Source: Clostridiaceae bacterium
Lineage (GTDB): Bacteria; Bacillota; Clostridia; Saccharofermentanales; DTU023
Assembly (NCBI GenBank): GCA_012838355.1
Contig: DUPJ01000092.1
Coordinates: 4,119-68,118 of the forward strand
Reading direction: 5' to 3'
Length of the DNA: 64,000 nucleotides
The notes beneath the pieces were generated by a model. It was given only the letters and a program-made list of their open reading frames with translations, did not search any database and had not been told where the DNA came from. This document shows, in pieces, positions 63,184-64,000 of this stretch (position 1 is the stretch's first letter; every line of letters starts with the position of its first letter). Made by a program: the position numbers and the translations under genes.

Positions 63184-64000
63184 GTATTTGAAACGGCAGC
63201 TCAGCAAGGCAATCGGCCAGCTGAGCGGAGTGCCGGAGACCGATATTTATGCCTGGATTGAAGTGCCGCCGGACCCGGCTATGGGCGATCTGGCATTGCC
63301 CTGCTTTCGCCTGTCCAAACACATGCGCCAGGCGCCGCAGAAAATAGCCGGTTTTTTGCATGAGCGACTGACTGAACGGTTCGATCAGATAGTGCGCATG
63401 GAAGCCGTCAACGGTTACTTCAACGTGTTTTATGACCGCGTCTGGTTTGCCGACAGCGTCATCCGGGAAGCGCTGGAGGCGGACGGCCGTCCCGGCTATA
63501 ATCCCACGGCGGGCGCCGGCAAGACGGCTCTGATTGAGTTTTCCTCGCCCAATATTGCGAAGGAATTTCATATCGGACATGCGTTCACGACGCTGCTCGG
63601 CCAGGCAATTGCCAACCTCTATGAATACCGTGGTTACAGCGTCGTTCGCATGAATCATCTGGGTGACTACGGCACTCAGTTCGGCAACCTGATCGTCGCC
63701 TGGAAACGCTGGGGTGATGAGGCGGCGCTTGCTGCCGACCCGATTGCCGAACTCCAGCGCGTCTACGTGCGCTTTCACCGTGAGTCAGAGGCGGATCCTG
63801 AACTGGAAGCCGAGGGGAGAGCGGCATTCCTGAAACTGGAACGCGGTGATCCCGAAGCCGTGAAGCTGTGGCAGACGTTCAGACAGCAAAGTCTCGACTT
63901 TTTCAATCTCACATATGACCGTCTCGGCATTCACTTTGACAATACGAACGGCGAGAGTTTTTACTCCGACAAAATACCCGGCCTGATGAACTGGCTGCGA
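63173..64000 (+). CDS. argS: Arginine--tRNA ligase, 3' end cut by window edge
   Basis: This frame is not in the supplied ORF track because it has no stop. My own translation from ATG 63173 gives MNPEYLKRQL...ALIEFSSPNIAKEFHIGHAFTTLLGQAIANLY..MNHLGDYGTQFG. That contains the class I HIGH motif and the ArgRS-specific blocks. It overlaps the upstream stop by 11 nt. Confidence 0.9.
   Translation, partial: MNPEYLKRQLSKAIGQLSGVPETDIYAWIEVPPDPAMGDLALPCFRLSKHMRQAPQKIAGFLHERLTERFDQIVRMEAVNGYFNVFYDRVWFADSVIREALEADGRPGYNPTAGAGKTALIEFSSPNIAKEFHIGHAFTTLLGQAIANLYEYRGYSVVRMNHLGDYGTQFGNLIVAWKRWGDEAALAADPIAELQRVYVRFHRESEADPELEAEGRAAFLKLERGDPEAVKLWQTFRQQSLDFFNLTYDRLGIHFDNTNGESFYSDKIPGLMNWLR

Noticed and set aside
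60749-63778. Several long minus-strand ORFs (60749-61651, 61751-62285, 62194-63207, 63086-63778) opposite ppk1, the nucleotidyltransferase and argS.
   Set aside because: All are antisense to genes with clear family signatures. Similar shadow ORFs of 200-300 aa occur opposite comEC (28853-29764), the acyltransferase (52814-53653), the PRS-like genes (24988-25680, 25614-26456) and rqcH (23357-24160). They look like a compositional artefact, not overlapping genes.

Overview
This looks like a 64-kb chromosomal window from a GC-rich Firmicute. The gene order is Clostridia-like: recJ-relA, comEC-holA, ruvCAB-queH, radC-mreCD-pbp2, smpB with ssrA nearby. I call about 57 protein-coding genes (one cut at each edge), one tmRNA, several sigma-A-type promoters, intrinsic terminators and one PyrR-type attenuator. 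Content is mostly housekeeping: DNA repair and recombination, stringent response, RNA decay, cell shape and wall, chaperone, glycogen and polyphosphate metabolism, and translation rescue. There is also one sugar ABC-importer/GH94 phosphorylase operon. I saw no rRNA or tRNA genes, CRISPR arrays, IS elements, integrases, prophage or recognisable defence islands. I could not identify a clear-cut novel multi-gene system. The best candidates for follow-up are: (1) a co-translated tandem pair of unusually long, divergent PRPP-synthetase paralogues, one with substitutions at catalytic-loop positions (24346-26837); (2) a tightly packed YedF-type TusA/DsrE fusion, DUF3343 and cysteine desulfurase sulfur/selenium-relay trio (49782-51794); (3) a PlsC-type acyltransferase with a Cys4-ribbon extension, translationally coupled to a GltS-like membrane protein (52493-55059); (4) a trimeric dUTPase with a ~55-aa insertion (44253-44870); (5) a 450-nt ORF-free, hairpin-rich divergent control region upstream of RNase J (12654-13104). 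All family assignments rest on motif recognition by eye. No database search or structure prediction was possible.
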